This document shows, piece by piece, positions 48,303 through 59,185 of a DNA stretch of 64,000 bases (positions are counted from its first letter, which is position 1; each line of letters opens with the position of its first letter). Position numbers and translations under genes: made by a program. The notes beneath the pieces were generated by a model. The model saw only the letters and a list, made by a program, of their open reading frames with translations. It was not told the DNA's origin and ran no database searches. The DNA lies in the NCBI GenBank assembly GCA_963664395.2, contig OY761159.2:4608001-4672000 (forward strand), in the 5' to 3' direction. This DNA is from Candidatus Binatia bacterium (lineage in GTDB: Bacteria > Desulfobacterota > Binatia > Bin18).

Positions 48303-49337
48303 TCAGGCGGGCACGGAGTCAACGGCCGGCGGGTGCTCTCGTGGGGAGAGCGGGTGCTGGCTGCGATATTCCAAAAACTGGCCGACCAGCTGGTAATAGT
48401 GCTGCCGGCTACTGAGTTCCTTCATGGCTAAACGCAGCGGCCGACAGGGCCCAAAAGACTTTGCATACCAGTCTATGGTCTTCCTGAATTGAGTACAAGC
48501 CAAGTGCTCTCCTCGCTGCTGCACCGCTCGTTCAAAATGACGTGTCATAAAGGCAACGCGGGCTACTAATGGTGGTGCAGGCGGAGCCGGCTGCCCCAGC
48601 AGGCCGGCCTGAATATCATGGAAGACCCAGGGGTTGGTCAGTGCCCCGCGGCCGATCACAAGACCCGCGCAGCCCGTTTCTTCCAGCATATGTTTCGCTG
48701 TTTCCGCGTCACACACATCGCCGTTTCCGAAAACGGGCATGGCCTGTACGGATTCCACAACCGAGCGAATACCGTCAAGATTGACCGACCCACGAAAGGC
48801 TCCTGCTCGCGTTCGTCCGTGAATTGTGAGGGCCGCAACACCCACGTCTTCAAGAATAGGCGCGAGCAGGGGCGCATCAAGTTGCGTATGGCCCCAGCCC
48901 AGGCGCGTCTTTACCGTCACCGGAATTTTGACCGCCCGCGTCACCGTTCGGACGAACGCTCCGGTTTTTTTCGGATCTTTTAACATGGCCGCGCCGGCGC
49001 CGATTTTGATGACCTTTTCAACCGGGCAACCCATGTTGATATCAATGACATCCGCTCCCTGCTCTTCAAGCCAGACTGCTGCATCCCGGACTTCTTCGGC
49101 CACCGGACCAAAGAGTTGGACGCTCAGCGGGCTATCTTCCGGACACGTTTCAATCAGTTCAAACGCGCGACGATTTTTTTCGAGTAAAGACCGGGCATGG
49201 ACTAGTTCGGTTGTCGCCAGACCGAAACCACCCACCTCGCGCATACACCACCGAAACGGCAGAGTCGTGTAGCCTGCGAGGGGGGCCAGGAGCAAATTGG
49301 CAGCAAGCGGGAGAGTACCTATCTGTATCGGTGTCAT
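48303..49337 (-). CDS. dusB: tRNA dihydrouridine synthase
   Basis: LAPLAG, VQLFG, DINMGCP, PVTVKTRLGW, IHGRT, GNGD, IGRG. Confidence 0.92.
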   Translation of the reverse strand: MTPIQIGTLPLAANLLLAPLAGYTTLPFRWCMREVGGFGLATTELVHARSLLEKNRRAFELIETCPEDSPLSVQLFGPVAEEVRDAAVWLEEQGADVIDINMGCPVEKVIKIGAGAAMLKDPKKTGAFVRTVTRAVKIPVTVKTRLGWGHTQLDAPLLAPILEDVGVAALTIHGRTRAGAFRGSVNLDGIRSVVESVQAMPVFGNGDVCDAETAKHMLEETGCAGLVIGRGALTNPWVFHDIQAGLLGQPAPPAPPLVARVAFMTRHFERAVQQRGEHLACTQFRKTIDWYAKSFGPCRPLRLAMKELSSRQHYYQLVGQFLEYRSQHPLSPREHPPAVDSVPA

Positions 49338-49383
49338 GATTTCAAAGAGACCGTCAACAGTTGAAAAGGAGTAGCGTGCTTCA

Positions 49384-51309
49384 TTATCGCCGGTCAAACT
49401 GGCGTTCGAGCTGGCGCACCGAATAGCGGACCATGGTTGGCCGGCCATGCGGGCAGGTAAATGGTGAGGTACAATCCAGAAGCGTTTTCACCAGGGCGTG
49501 CATGGCCTCCGGGGTCAGCGTCTGGCCGGCTTTAATCGATTTCACCTTGCAGGCGATACGTGCCGCTAAGTCCTCCTGCTTGGCCTCAATGGAATTATCC
49601 GAGCGTCCTTCGGCCTGGGCTTCAGCAAGTTCACGGATCAGGTCCGGAGTATCTGCCGGCCGGAAATAGGCCGGCGCGGCCTGCACCTGAAAGGAGTTAC
49701 CCCCAAACGGCTGAATGTCAAAACCGATGAGCGCCAGATAGTCGTGGAGTTCCTCCAATATACCAGATGCGGCGGGAGACAAATCAAAGGTAATCGGTAT
49801 GAGCAAGGGCTGCACCGCGCTGTGCTTGTGTCGCAAGCCGTCAAGCACCTGCTCGTACGTAATACGCTCGTGCGCTGCGTGCTGATCCACAATCCAGAGT
49901 TCGCCTTCCACTTCAACCAAGACAAACAGTTCATGACTCTGCCCGACTACACGAAATTCGGTGCCATCAGGCCGTTGCCACAAGGCCGTTTGTAAGGAGG
50001 CCGGGGTTAGCGGGGCTGCCTCCGACTCGTGGACCAGCGGCTTGTCCAGCATGCGCAATTTTCGCAAGTCCGGCTCGGACTGAGGCGCATAGGAGCCGGG
50101 AGAAGGCACGGTCTTTTGGCCTCTTTGGGGTCTCGGATAATCAGCCGGGTCGGGTCTCGGGACCGAGCTGTCTAATGCCTGACTGTCCGTTCGCGCCTGA
50201 CTCTCAGCGCGGCGTGGAGACATATCTTTGGTTCGGCTGTCAGCATGTCGATTGCTGTGTGGCAGGTCAGAGCCGGGAATATCAATTTTTTTGAACAGGT
50301 TGGCTTGATTGAGGTTGTTCCGGACGGTCTGGACGACCAGCCGGAGGAGTTCGCGTTCCGCTTTGAATTTTACTTCGCGCTTGGTGGGATGGACGTTGAC
50401 GTCAACCTGGTCAGTCGGGACAGTCAGAAAGAGCACCCCCAGGGGGAAACGGCCCGCCGCTAAGAGTTCCCCGTAGCCGCGACTCAAGGCAGACGATAAG
50501 GGCTGGCTTTTCACCGGACGTTCATTCACGAAGAAGTATTGTCCGGTCCGGGTATTTCGGGTACGGCTGGGTGGACTGATGAGGCCAGTTACCCCAACGC
50601 CCTCTTCAGCCAAGGTTGCTTCCGCACTCGGGAGCGGGAGGAATTCCCGGGCCCAATCCTTCCCTAAAACCGCACGTGCACGCAGGGCGATCTCACCGTG
50701 AGGAGGCGCATGAAACACCTCGCGTCCGTCTGACTGAAAGCGGAAGTGTATGGACGGTTGTGACAGCGCCAGGGCAACCAACACCTCATGCACCTGATGA
50801 CTTTCGGCGGTCGGTGATTTGAGGAAGGCCCGCCGCGGTGGGGTGTTAAAAAACAAATGGCGCGCGGTCACCGTCGTTCCCCGCGAACAGCCAGCAGGGG
50901 TTGTCTCTATAGGCGCACCACCGGCCGCCCGAACGCGCACACCTTCAATGGCATCCGTTGTCCGCGAGAGCAATTCGACCTGCGTGACAGCCGCAATGCT
51001 CGCCAGCGCCTCACCCCGAAATCCTAAGCTTGTCAGGAGAAAGAGATCATTGCTGGATTGTATTTTACTGGTCGCGTGGCGCTGGAAGGCGAGCGGCGCA
51101 TCCTCCGGCGTCAGGCCGCTCCCGTCGTCTTGGACGACGATTTCATCGATCCCGCCTTTGGTAATCGACACGCTGATTGAGCGCGCGCCGGCGTCAATCG
51201 CATTTTCGACCAGTTCTTTGACAATCGAGGCCGGACGCTCAATGACTTCGCCAGCCCGGAGCTGCTCAATCGTGTGCGAATCCAGCAGATGAATACGGTC
51301 CATGCCCAT
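49384..51309 (-). CDS. mutL: DNA mismatch repair endonuclease MutL
   Basis: AGEVIERP, GFRGEALASI, DVNVHP.K.EV, DQHAAHER, CPHGRP. Confidence 0.97.
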   Translation of the reverse strand: MGMDRIHLLDSHTIEQLRAGEVIERPASIVKELVENAIDAGARSISVSITKGGIDEIVVQDDGSGLTPEDAPLAFQRHATSKIQSSNDLFLLTSLGFRGEALASIAAVTQVELLSRTTDAIEGVRVRAAGGAPIETTPAGCSRGTTVTARHLFFNTPPRRAFLKSPTAESHQVHEVLVALALSQPSIHFRFQSDGREVFHAPPHGEIALRARAVLGKDWAREFLPLPSAEATLAEEGVGVTGLISPPSRTRNTRTGQYFFVNERPVKSQPLSSALSRGYGELLAAGRFPLGVLFLTVPTDQVDVNVHPTKREVKFKAERELLRLVVQTVRNNLNQANLFKKIDIPGSDLPHSNRHADSRTKDMSPRRAESQARTDSQALDSSVPRPDPADYPRPQRGQKTVPSPGSYAPQSEPDLRKLRMLDKPLVHESEAAPLTPASLQTALWQRPDGTEFRVVGQSHELFVLVEVEGELWIVDQHAAHERITYEQVLDGLRHKHSAVQPLLIPITFDLSPAASGILEELHDYLALIGFDIQPFGGNSFQVQAAPAYFRPADTPDLIRELAEAQAEGRSDNSIEAKQEDLAARIACKVKSIKAGQTLTPEAMHALVKTLLDCTSPFTCPHGRPTMVRYSVRQLERQFDRR

Positions 51310-51317
51310 GCCTCAGA

Positions 51318-53837
51318 CTATGACTCGCGCGCTTGCCCAAACAGGCCGAGCTGCGAAGACTTTTCTTTCACTATGGTCCGTGCTTTACCCGCACTTCTCC
51401 GAGAACGTTTTTTGGCTGGCCGGACCAGCTCTGCCGATCCTTCGAGATCCTTGAGGATTTCTTCTGCTCGCTCCGTCACCGCGCGTGGCAGCCCAGCCAG
51501 CTTGGCCACATGGATGCCATACGACTGATCTGAAGCTCCGTCGATGACCTTATACAGAAAAACGACCTCGTCCTGCCATTCACGCACGGCAAACGTGTAA
51601 TTCACAAGGCCGGGAAGGAGGCCTTGCAAATCCGTGAGTTCGTGAAAATGCGTGGCAAACAGGGTACGTGGCCGTGGCCCTTCTCCATCAACCAGGAACT
51701 CAATAATCGATCGGGCTATGGACAGGCCATCTGACGTCGATGTTCCACGCCCAATCTCATCCAGCAGCAGGAGACTTCGTTCCGTAGCCGCGTTCAGGAT
51801 CTGGGCGGTTTCAATCATTTCTACGGCAAACGTGCTCTCTCCCAGCGCCAGATTATCGGATGCCCCGATGCGGGTAAAAATACGATCCACAATGCCAATC
51901 CGGGCGTGCTTGGCCGGCACAAATGCGCCGATTTGAGCCAGCAGCACAATAAGCGCGGCTTGGCGCAAATACACGGATTTGCCGCTCATATTGGGGGCGG
52001 TCAACAGCAGAAACTGGTGATCCGGCCGATTGAGCTGAACATCATTCTCTACAAAAGCGCTCCGTCCCAGCAGCGACTCAACAACGGGATGCCGTCCACC
52101 AACGATCGACAGCTCAGCTGTATCTGACATTTCAGGTCGAACGTAGTGCTGATTGACCGCCACCCAAGCGAAGCTGGCTAAGACGTCAAGCTGGGCGCAC
52201 GCCTGCGCGATAGCTTGAATCTGCGCCACATAGCGGAGAACCAGCTCGCATAACTCGGTAAAGAGTTCCTGCTCCAGGGCAACCGAACGTTCCTGGGCGT
52301 TGAGAATTTGATCCTCGTATTCTTTTAATTCAGGCGTAACAAATCGCTCCGCGTTGGCGAGGGTTTGTTTTCGCATATACGAGTCAGGGACCTTATTGAG
52401 CTGGGTCTTGGAGACTTCCAGATAGTAACCAAAGACCCGGTTATAACCAATCCGGAGCGAGGGAATCCCCGTGCGCTCACTTTCTCGCGCTTGGAGCGCT
52501 GCCAGCCATTGCTTGGCATCCGAGGCAATCGATTGCAAGCGATCCAGTTCCGCATGATAGCCTGGAGCAAAGACACCCCCTTCTCGGAGGTGGACGGGCG
52601 GCGCCTCGACCAAGGCACGCGCCAGGGTGCCCGGTAAGGGGCCGAGATCGGCTTGCAGGCGTGCACGCTGTCTGCTCAGCAGAGGACTGCGGACTGTTTC
52701 AAGCGCTCGGCTTACACCAGGAATTTGAGCCAGTGAGTCTCGCAACGCGGCGCTGTCTTTGGGATTCGCCACTCGACAGCTAAAACGGGCGGCCAAGCGT
52801 TCCAGATCACGGATGGGACCTAGCGCGCTACGGGCGGCTTCCAGCACCGCAGGCGCATTGACGTACTCATCCACCCCAGCATGGCGGGCTTCAATAGCGG
52901 AGACGGACAAGAGAGGATTCCTCAACCAATACTGCAAAAGTCGCCGGCCCATTGGCGTGACCGTGTCATCCAGTACGTCGATCAGTGTCCGGCCACGGAT
53001 ATCAGGGTTCGCCGGCCGAAAGAGCTCAAGACTGCGCTCGACTATCGGGCCAAGCAGCATGGTTTCGCCGGTTTGGAGCCGTTTTGGCAGGCCAATATGC
53101 GGCAGGCTGACCCGCATATGCTGTTGGAGAAAACGGAGCACCAGGGCGATTGCGATGGTTGTTTCCGTGTCCAATTCCAACGCGCGTAGAGAATCCAGCC
53201 CAAAAAAGGTCTGAATACACTCTACGCTGTCATCCACGGCACCATGCCAGTCTTCCAGCGTTGTCAGGGTGCTCTGGGCTTGACCGCTCCGATACCCGGC
53301 AAGGGCGGGATGCTCGGCCATGCCCTTGGTTATGACCATCTCACGAGGCGCGAGATGGCCGAGCGTGTCGGCAATGGCAGACTCTGTCTCATTCCAGAAT
53401 TGGAACGCGCCGGTCGTTGGTTCGAGGAGCGCCAGCCCCCACTGTCCTCCGCGTGCAAACATCCCCAGCAAGGTCGGACTTGCTCCGTCAGCATCGTTTT
53501 CAACATAGGTTGAAGGCGTAATCACACGCGTGACTGCACGCTTGACCAAGCCCTTGGCTGTTTTAGGGTCTTCGACCTGTTCACACAGAGCGACTTTCTT
53601 CCCCGCCTTGACCAGACGCGCGATATACCCCTGTACGGCATGGTGGGGCACTCCGCACATAGGGACCTTACCGTCTCCGCCGTCGCGGGCGGTCAGCGTT
53701 AAATCGAGTAAATCCGCGGCAAGAGGCGCATCATCAAAGAATACCTCGTAGAAGTCTCCCAAGCGGAACAAAACAATCGCGTCCTGATGCTGCTGCTTCA
53801 CCGACGAGTATTGCTGCATCAGGGGGGTCAAGGCCAT
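51318..53837 (-). CDS. mutS: DNA mismatch repair protein MutS
   Basis: TPLMQQY, GDFYE, TAPNMSGKS, STF..EM, LLDEIGRG, FATHFHEL, SYGIHVA. Confidence 0.97.
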   Translation of the reverse strand: MALTPLMQQYSSVKQQHQDAIVLFRLGDFYEVFFDDAPLAADLLDLTLTARDGGDGKVPMCGVPHHAVQGYIARLVKAGKKVALCEQVEDPKTAKGLVKRAVTRVITPSTYVENDADGASPTLLGMFARGGQWGLALLEPTTGAFQFWNETESAIADTLGHLAPREMVITKGMAEHPALAGYRSGQAQSTLTTLEDWHGAVDDSVECIQTFFGLDSLRALELDTETTIAIALVLRFLQQHMRVSLPHIGLPKRLQTGETMLLGPIVERSLELFRPANPDIRGRTLIDVLDDTVTPMGRRLLQYWLRNPLLSVSAIEARHAGVDEYVNAPAVLEAARSALGPIRDLERLAARFSCRVANPKDSAALRDSLAQIPGVSRALETVRSPLLSRQRARLQADLGPLPGTLARALVEAPPVHLREGGVFAPGYHAELDRLQSIASDAKQWLAALQARESERTGIPSLRIGYNRVFGYYLEVSKTQLNKVPDSYMRKQTLANAERFVTPELKEYEDQILNAQERSVALEQELFTELCELVLRYVAQIQAIAQACAQLDVLASFAWVAVNQHYVRPEMSDTAELSIVGGRHPVVESLLGRSAFVENDVQLNRPDHQFLLLTAPNMSGKSVYLRQAALIVLLAQIGAFVPAKHARIGIVDRIFTRIGASDNLALGESTFAVEMIETAQILNAATERSLLLLDEIGRGTSTSDGLSIARSIIEFLVDGEGPRPRTLFATHFHELTDLQGLLPGLVNYTFAVREWQDEVVFLYKVIDGASDQSYGIHVAKLAGLPRAVTERAEEILKDLEGSAELVRPAKKRSRRSAGKARTIVKEKSSQLGLFGQARES

Positions 53838-54050
53838 GGTATTCTTCTCCGTTACCCGTGTGTCTGCTACTATTTGCTACTATCTGCTATTTGGGGCAGG
53901 GTGTTTTTTCTTCTTATATGCTTTCTCCTTGCCCAGCCAGTCCAACCTTGCCCGACTTGCCAGCCCTTGATCTCACGTCGTAAAGTTGGAGCATTGACGA
54001 GGGTCCATAACGGCCGTTGATTAACAGACAAAGCAGAAAGGATATCAGCC

Positions 54051-55205
54051 ATGACTGAGCTCGACACAGAACAACAACAAATCCTGTCCACGCTCAACCG
54101 TTTCGTTGAGCGCGAGGTCAAGCCAGTCGCCAGCGAAATGGAGCACCGCGACGAATACCCGCACGCCTTGGTCGAGCGGATGAAGGAGCTCGGTCTATTC
54201 GGTGCGATTATCCCAACCGAGTATGGTGGTATGGGACTGTCCTTTACGACGTATGCCATGATTATTGAAGAAATCTGCCGCGGCTGGATGAGCCTGACCG
54301 GCGTCCTGAACTCGCACCTGCTGTTCGCTCACATCTTGGCCCTGTTCGGAACAGAAGAGCAAAAACAGCGTCTCCTGCCGGCTATGGCCACCGGAGAAAA
54401 ACGCGGCGGCCTCGCCCTGACCGAGCCGCATGCCGGGAGCGATGTGCAACGCATCCGCACAACGGCAAAGAAGCAGGGAGACAACTATCTGATCAACGGC
54501 TCTAAAATGTTTATTACCAATGCGCGTCATGGCAATATTCTGGCTGTCGCCGCCAAGACGAACCCGGAAGCTGAGCCAGCCTATGCGGGCATCAGCCTGT
54601 TCGCTGCTGAGAAAGGCGCTCCGGGACTGACGGTGAGTCGGGATATCAAGAAACTGGGGTATAAGGGTCTGGATACGTGTGAACTCGCCTTTGAGGACTT
54701 TCCGACGCCAGCCAGCTCCCTTATCGGCGGGGAAGAGGGACTGGGATTCAAGCAGGTGATGCACGGCTTGGAAGTTGGTCGGATCAATGTTGCGGCGCGG
54801 GCGGTCGGCGTAGCCCAGGCCGCATTTGAGGAAGCGATTCGGTATTCCCAGCAGCGCGAAACGTTCGGCAAGCCGATTTGTGAACATCAGGCCATTCAGC
54901 TCAAGCTGGCCGATATGGCAACCAAGATCGAAGCCTCCCGCTTACTGGTCCGGCAGGCCGCCGATAAGAAAGACAGAGGCGAGCGGTGCGACCTGGAAGC
55001 CGGTATGGCGAAACTGTTTGCATCTGAGGCGTGTGAAGAAGTCGCCCTGGAAGCCATGCGCGTGCTGGGCGGGTATGGCTACACTCAGGAGTTTCCGGTC
55101 GAGCGTTTTTATCGGGACGCGCCCCTCATGCTTATTGGGGAAGGCACGAACGAAATTCAGAAAATTGTGATCGCCCGCAATCTCCTGAAAAAATATCGAA
55201 TATAG
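54051..55205 (+). CDS. Acyl-CoA dehydrogenase
   Basis: ALTEP.AGSD, NGSKMFITN, R.TFGKPI, GGYGY, YRDA, IGEGTNEIQ. Confidence 0.95.
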   Translation: MTELDTEQQQILSTLNRFVEREVKPVASEMEHRDEYPHALVERMKELGLFGAIIPTEYGGMGLSFTTYAMIIEEICRGWMSLTGVLNSHLLFAHILALFGTEEQKQRLLPAMATGEKRGGLALTEPHAGSDVQRIRTTAKKQGDNYLINGSKMFITNARHGNILAVAAKTNPEAEPAYAGISLFAAEKGAPGLTVSRDIKKLGYKGLDTCELAFEDFPTPASSLIGGEEGLGFKQVMHGLEVGRINVAARAVGVAQAAFEEAIRYSQQRETFGKPICEHQAIQLKLADMATKIEASRLLVRQAADKKDRGERCDLEAGMAKLFASEACEEVALEAMRVLGGYGYTQEFPVERFYRDAPLMLIGEGTNEIQKIVIARNLLKKYRI

Positions 55206-55460
55206 AGGGGCCGCGGGGACGATCTTTGTTTTTTCACGATTCTGTCACCTAGGTGCCACTCGCTGCATAGCTTCTGGCTTGGAATGCCTGATTCTTTTGT
55301 GTATTGTGATTAAAAGAATCGACTGTTTTAACTGTTCGCTATGGTTTTCTACCAACACAGGTCGTACTCACAAGTCGGCCCTTCCCTCTAACTGAACGTT
55401 ACATTTTTGCGTCGAATGGAGCATACTTCTCGGAGCAGTGCACCGAGTCGGGAGAAGAAT

Positions 55461-57533
55461 ATGTCTACCACGTTGGAAAAAACTCGAAACATCGGCATCG
55501 TTGCTCACGTTGATAGCGGCAAAACGACAGTGAGCGAACGTGTCCTGTATTATACGGGCCTCTCGCACAAGATTGGTGAGGTGCACGAAGGGACTGCCGT
55601 CACCGACTGGATGCCCCAGGAACGTGAGCGGGGCATCACCATTACGGCGGCGGCAATTACTTGTGAATGGGACAACCATCAGATCAATATTATCGATACG
55701 CCAGGCCATGTAGATTTTACCACCGAGGTTGAGCGGAGCTTGCGCGTCTTGGATGGCGCCATTGTCGTCTTCTGTGGAGTTGGCGGCGTCGAACCACAGT
55801 CGGAGACCGTGTGGCGCCAAGCGGACAAATACGGCGTGCCACGCATTGTCTTTATCAATAAGCTGGATCGCATAGGGGCAGACTTTCACGCTGTGGTCGA
55901 TCAAATTAAGAATCGATTGGGCGCGAATCCTTTGATTCTACAACTTCCGATCGGCACGGAAGATGAGATGACGGGTGTGATCGATCTGATTCGTCAGAAG
56001 GCCCTCGTATGGGAAGAAGACACGCTTGGAGCGCAGTTTCACGAAGAGGAGATTCCGACAAAGCTCCAAGCAGATGCGGCGAGATTCCATGAGCTGCTGG
56101 TTGAAAGCGTGGCTGATGCCGATGATGCGTTATTAGAGAAATATCTGGGCGGTGCATCCCTGACGGAGAAGGAAATTACGACCGCGGTGCGCTTAAAGAC
56201 GCAGTCGCTGGCAGTCTTCCCCGTCCTGTGCGGAACCGCTCTCCGCAACAAGGGGATTCAGCCGCTACTCGATGCCGTTGTCGACTATCTCCCCCCTCCG
56301 GTACGACCAGTGACGGGGCAAACGCTCGCAGGAAAAGAACATACCTGGCAGGTCGATGATGACATCCTGGCCGGCTTGGCTTTTAAGACCATGCACGACC
56401 CCTACTCTGGCCAACTGACTTTTGTACGTTTGTACAGCGGGGAGTTGAAAACCGGCACTGCAATTTTTAACCCACGGACCGAACGAGGTGAACGCATTGG
56501 CCGCCTTGTCCGTATGCACGCCGATAAAAAGGAAGACTTGGAAAGTGCCGCGGCGGGAGACATCATCGCTATCGTAGGCTTAAAGAATTTTACCACCGGT
56601 GACACCATCTCGACCAAGCAGCATCCCGTTTTGCTTGAATCGATTTCATTCAAGGAACCGGTTATCTCGGTCGCGATTGAGCCCAAAACCAAGATCGATT
56701 CTGAAAAGCTGGGGCTCGCACTCCAACGCTTATCCTCCGAAGACCCAACCCTTGTGATTCAAACGAATAGAGAGACCGGTCAAACTATTCTGTCTGGCAT
56801 GGGAGAGCTGCACCTCGAAGTGATTCTGGATCGGCTCGCGCGGGAATTCAAAGTCGAAGTGAACACGGGCACGCCGCAGGTCTCCTATCGCGAAACCATT
56901 ACACGCGGAGCAGAAGCCGAAGGGCGCTATGTTCGACAAACGGGTGGTCGAGGTCAGTTTGGCCATGTCTTCCTCAAGATCGAACCCAATGACAACGAAG
57001 GCTTGGTCTTTGTCAACGGTATTAAAAGCGGAGCAATTCCCCGAGAGTATATCTCCTCGGTCGAAAAGGGCATTCGTGGAGCCGCAGAGAACGGGGTGAC
57101 CTACGGCTATCCCCTCCTCAACACGACCGTCACCTTATATGATGGCAACTACCACGAAGTTGACTCGTCAGAGATGGCTTTCCACATGGCGGGCTCCATA
57201 GGGTTCAAAGCAGCCGTGCATAAAGCCAAACCCATTTTGTTGGAACCCATGATGGAAGTCGAAGTGGTCATGCCTGAGGGCTATATGGGAACGGCCATGG
57301 GTGACTTGCAGGCCCGCCGCGGCAAAGTAACAGAACTCGGCGAGCGGGGCGGGGGCCAGCGCACCGTGACCGCGCACGTCCCGCTGGCGACGATGTTCGG
57401 TTATGCCACAGCCATTCGGTCACTCACCCAAGGGCGAGCGACCTACACCATGGAGTTCGACCACTATGGTAAAGTTCCTGCCAGCGTCATAGACGAGGCG
57501 CTCGGCCGAAAAAAGGAACTTGAAGTCGGGTAA
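55461..57533 (+). CDS. fusA: Elongation factor G (stand-alone paralog)
   Basis: [42 protein letters not shown]. Confidence 0.93.
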   Translation: MSTTLEKTRNIGIVAHVDSGKTTVSERVLYYTGLSHKIGEVHEGTAVTDWMPQERERGITITAAAITCEWDNHQINIIDTPGHVDFTTEVERSLRVLDGAIVVFCGVGGVEPQSETVWRQADKYGVPRIVFINKLDRIGADFHAVVDQIKNRLGANPLILQLPIGTEDEMTGVIDLIRQKALVWEEDTLGAQFHEEEIPTKLQADAARFHELLVESVADADDALLEKYLGGASLTEKEITTAVRLKTQSLAVFPVLCGTALRNKGIQPLLDAVVDYLPPPVRPVTGQTLAGKEHTWQVDDDILAGLAFKTMHDPYSGQLTFVRLYSGELKTGTAIFNPRTERGERIGRLVRMHADKKEDLESAAAGDIIAIVGLKNFTTGDTISTKQHPVLLESISFKEPVISVAIEPKTKIDSEKLGLALQRLSSEDPTLVIQTNRETGQTILSGMGELHLEVILDRLAREFKVEVNTGTPQVSYRETITRGAEAEGRYVRQTGGRGQFGHVFLKIEPNDNEGLVFVNGIKSGAIPREYISSVEKGIRGAAENGVTYGYPLLNTTVTLYDGNYHEVDSSEMAFHMAGSIGFKAAVHKAKPILLEPMMEVEVVMPEGYMGTAMGDLQARRGKVTELGERGGGQRTVTAHVPLATMFGYATAIRSLTQGRATYTMEFDHYGKVPASVIDEALGRKKELEVG

Positions 57534-57620
57534 GAGGCTCCCCTCGCCGCCCCGTGGCACCCCTCCGAGCAGGGGAGTATGTTGCGAGATAGTAACCCTT
57601 CGCCTACAATCTGCCCGCAT

Positions 57621-57705
57621 GCCGGAGTGGTGGAACTGGTAGACACATGGGACTTAAAATCCCATGGGGCATTGCCCCGTGCGGGTTCAAGCCCCGCCTC
57701 CGGCA
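57621..57705 (+). tRNA. tRNA-Leu (anticodon TAA)
   Basis: Acceptor GCCGGAG/CTCCGGC, D-loop TGGTAGAC, anticodon arm TGGGA-CTTAAAA-TCCCA, long variable arm, GGTTCAAG T-loop; CCA not encoded. Confidence 0.96.
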
Positions 57706-57724
57706 GTGCAAAAACAGATATTTC

Positions 57725-57767
57725 GGCGCTTCTGGCGACTTTCTTAGCCGGAGCGCCTTTCTTCTTT
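57725..57767 (+). terminator. Intrinsic terminator after tRNA-Leu
   Basis: ggcgcttctggc..gccggagcgcc followed by tttcttcttt. Confidence 0.7.
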
Positions 57768-57903
57768 GTAGGAACGTCATGGAAAGATTTCCGCTCCTCG
57801 GCTTCCCCTGTCATTCACAACGTCCGCACCACCTACTTCACCTCGCCGATAATCTCCGTATCTGCTCTCCAGCCACCGATACGCTAGAGCCTCTTCAGCC
57901 AGC

Positions 57904-58983
57904 CTAGTATTTCGCGATTACCTGTTCGGCAAAGTCTTTGTAGACCTCACGACTTGTTTTCAGCGGCGGCAGAAGAGAAATTTCTCCAAGTCCGCCCTGC
58001 TCCGCCCGGCGGATATCAGCGATCAGTTCATCCGGTTCGCCGACCATGCACGATCCCTTGATCGTTTTCGGTGTAATGAATTTTCGTTCCTCAGGGACAT
58101 GATAGGTGCAGTGCCCATCATGGATCTGCAGATAGCGTTTCGCCTGAGGCGTTGCCATATTCTCTACCTGGTCACGATACTCTTCCCAGACATCCTGGAA
58201 CGCTTCGGGCACGCCGCTCTCATCCCCCGTTTGTTCATAAATTTCATACACAAAATGCAGGGCACAGGTGACCCAGGAGCCGCAGGCTTCAATCACACGA
58301 TCGGAGGTTAAATCTTCTCCTGGTTTCAACACAACCGCATTTGTCAGGGCAGTCGTATGAAAATTCTCAGGCAATGTCCGCCCGGCTCGCTTGGCCCCGG
58401 CTTGCACCCGGCTTACATTCGCCTGTAATACCTCAGCCTGTTCGTTGAACAGCGAAACCAGTCCATCGCCAAACTCTCCCGCGGTTCGGAGAGCCAGCGG
58501 TCCATTGGCCGCAACGTAGATGGGAATCGGCTGTTCCAGGTCGATGAATTTAAGCTCTTGGTGCAAGAACTTGATCGTCCGTGTCGTTCCATTCAGTGTG
58601 TACTCAACCTCTTCACCACGCAGCAGCGTGCGGACCACCCGCAGGTATTCTCGAAAATCCCTGACCTTCATAGGCTGCATGCCCATGACCCGCATGGCGG
58701 TATGACCAGTCCCAATGCCAAGGAAGACCCGCCCAGGAGCGATACGGTTAATCGAGGCAATGGAATGCGCGGTCACCGGGGCAATGCGTGTCCCAGGAAT
58801 GGCGACCCCGGTGCCAAGACGAATGCGCGAGGTGTTCTGAGCGGCCAGCGCCAAGGTCGCATAACAGTCCGACCAGATCATCTGAGAGTCAGGCACCCAA
58901 GCTGCGTCAAAGCCTAAATCCTCAACATATTTGAAGACTTCCCAGTTATCGATTTTGGTATGGGCGGTGATACTGAATTGCAT
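57904..58983 (-). CDS. LLM class flavin-dependent oxidoreductase
   Basis: GFDAAWVPDSQM, TSRIRLGTGV, APGRVFLGIGTG, AANGP..LR.AGE.GDG; GAGGAGGAG RBS. Confidence 0.92.
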   Translation of the reverse strand: MQFSITAHTKIDNWEVFKYVEDLGFDAAWVPDSQMIWSDCYATLALAAQNTSRIRLGTGVAIPGTRIAPVTAHSIASINRIAPGRVFLGIGTGHTAMRVMGMQPMKVRDFREYLRVVRTLLRGEEVEYTLNGTTRTIKFLHQELKFIDLEQPIPIYVAANGPLALRTAGEFGDGLVSLFNEQAEVLQANVSRVQAGAKRAGRTLPENFHTTALTNAVVLKPGEDLTSDRVIEACGSWVTCALHFVYEIYEQTGDESGVPEAFQDVWEEYRDQVENMATPQAKRYLQIHDGHCTYHVPEERKFITPKTIKGSCMVGEPDELIADIRRAEQGGLGEISLLPPLKTSREVYKDFAEQVIAKY

Positions 58984-59185
58984 ACGACTCCTCCTCGTGA
59001 TGGTTATTGGAGTGTCTCTATATCATCCATCGCTCACAATTTTCAGCCCACCTTTGACTCGCCTATTCTCTCACTTTAAGGTGGGGGAGACGCTATACTC
59101 CAGACTGTCCCATCTTCTGCGGCAGCGTTTTTGAGAGGCTTGGTTTGGCATTCATCCGTGCTCCTCAGCACGGCACTCCTATCTC

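Noticed and set aside
57621-57910. Genomic island integrated at tRNA-Leu
   Set aside because: There is no integrase and no duplicated tRNA 3' end in the window; the tRNA is followed directly by a terminator and a metabolic gene.
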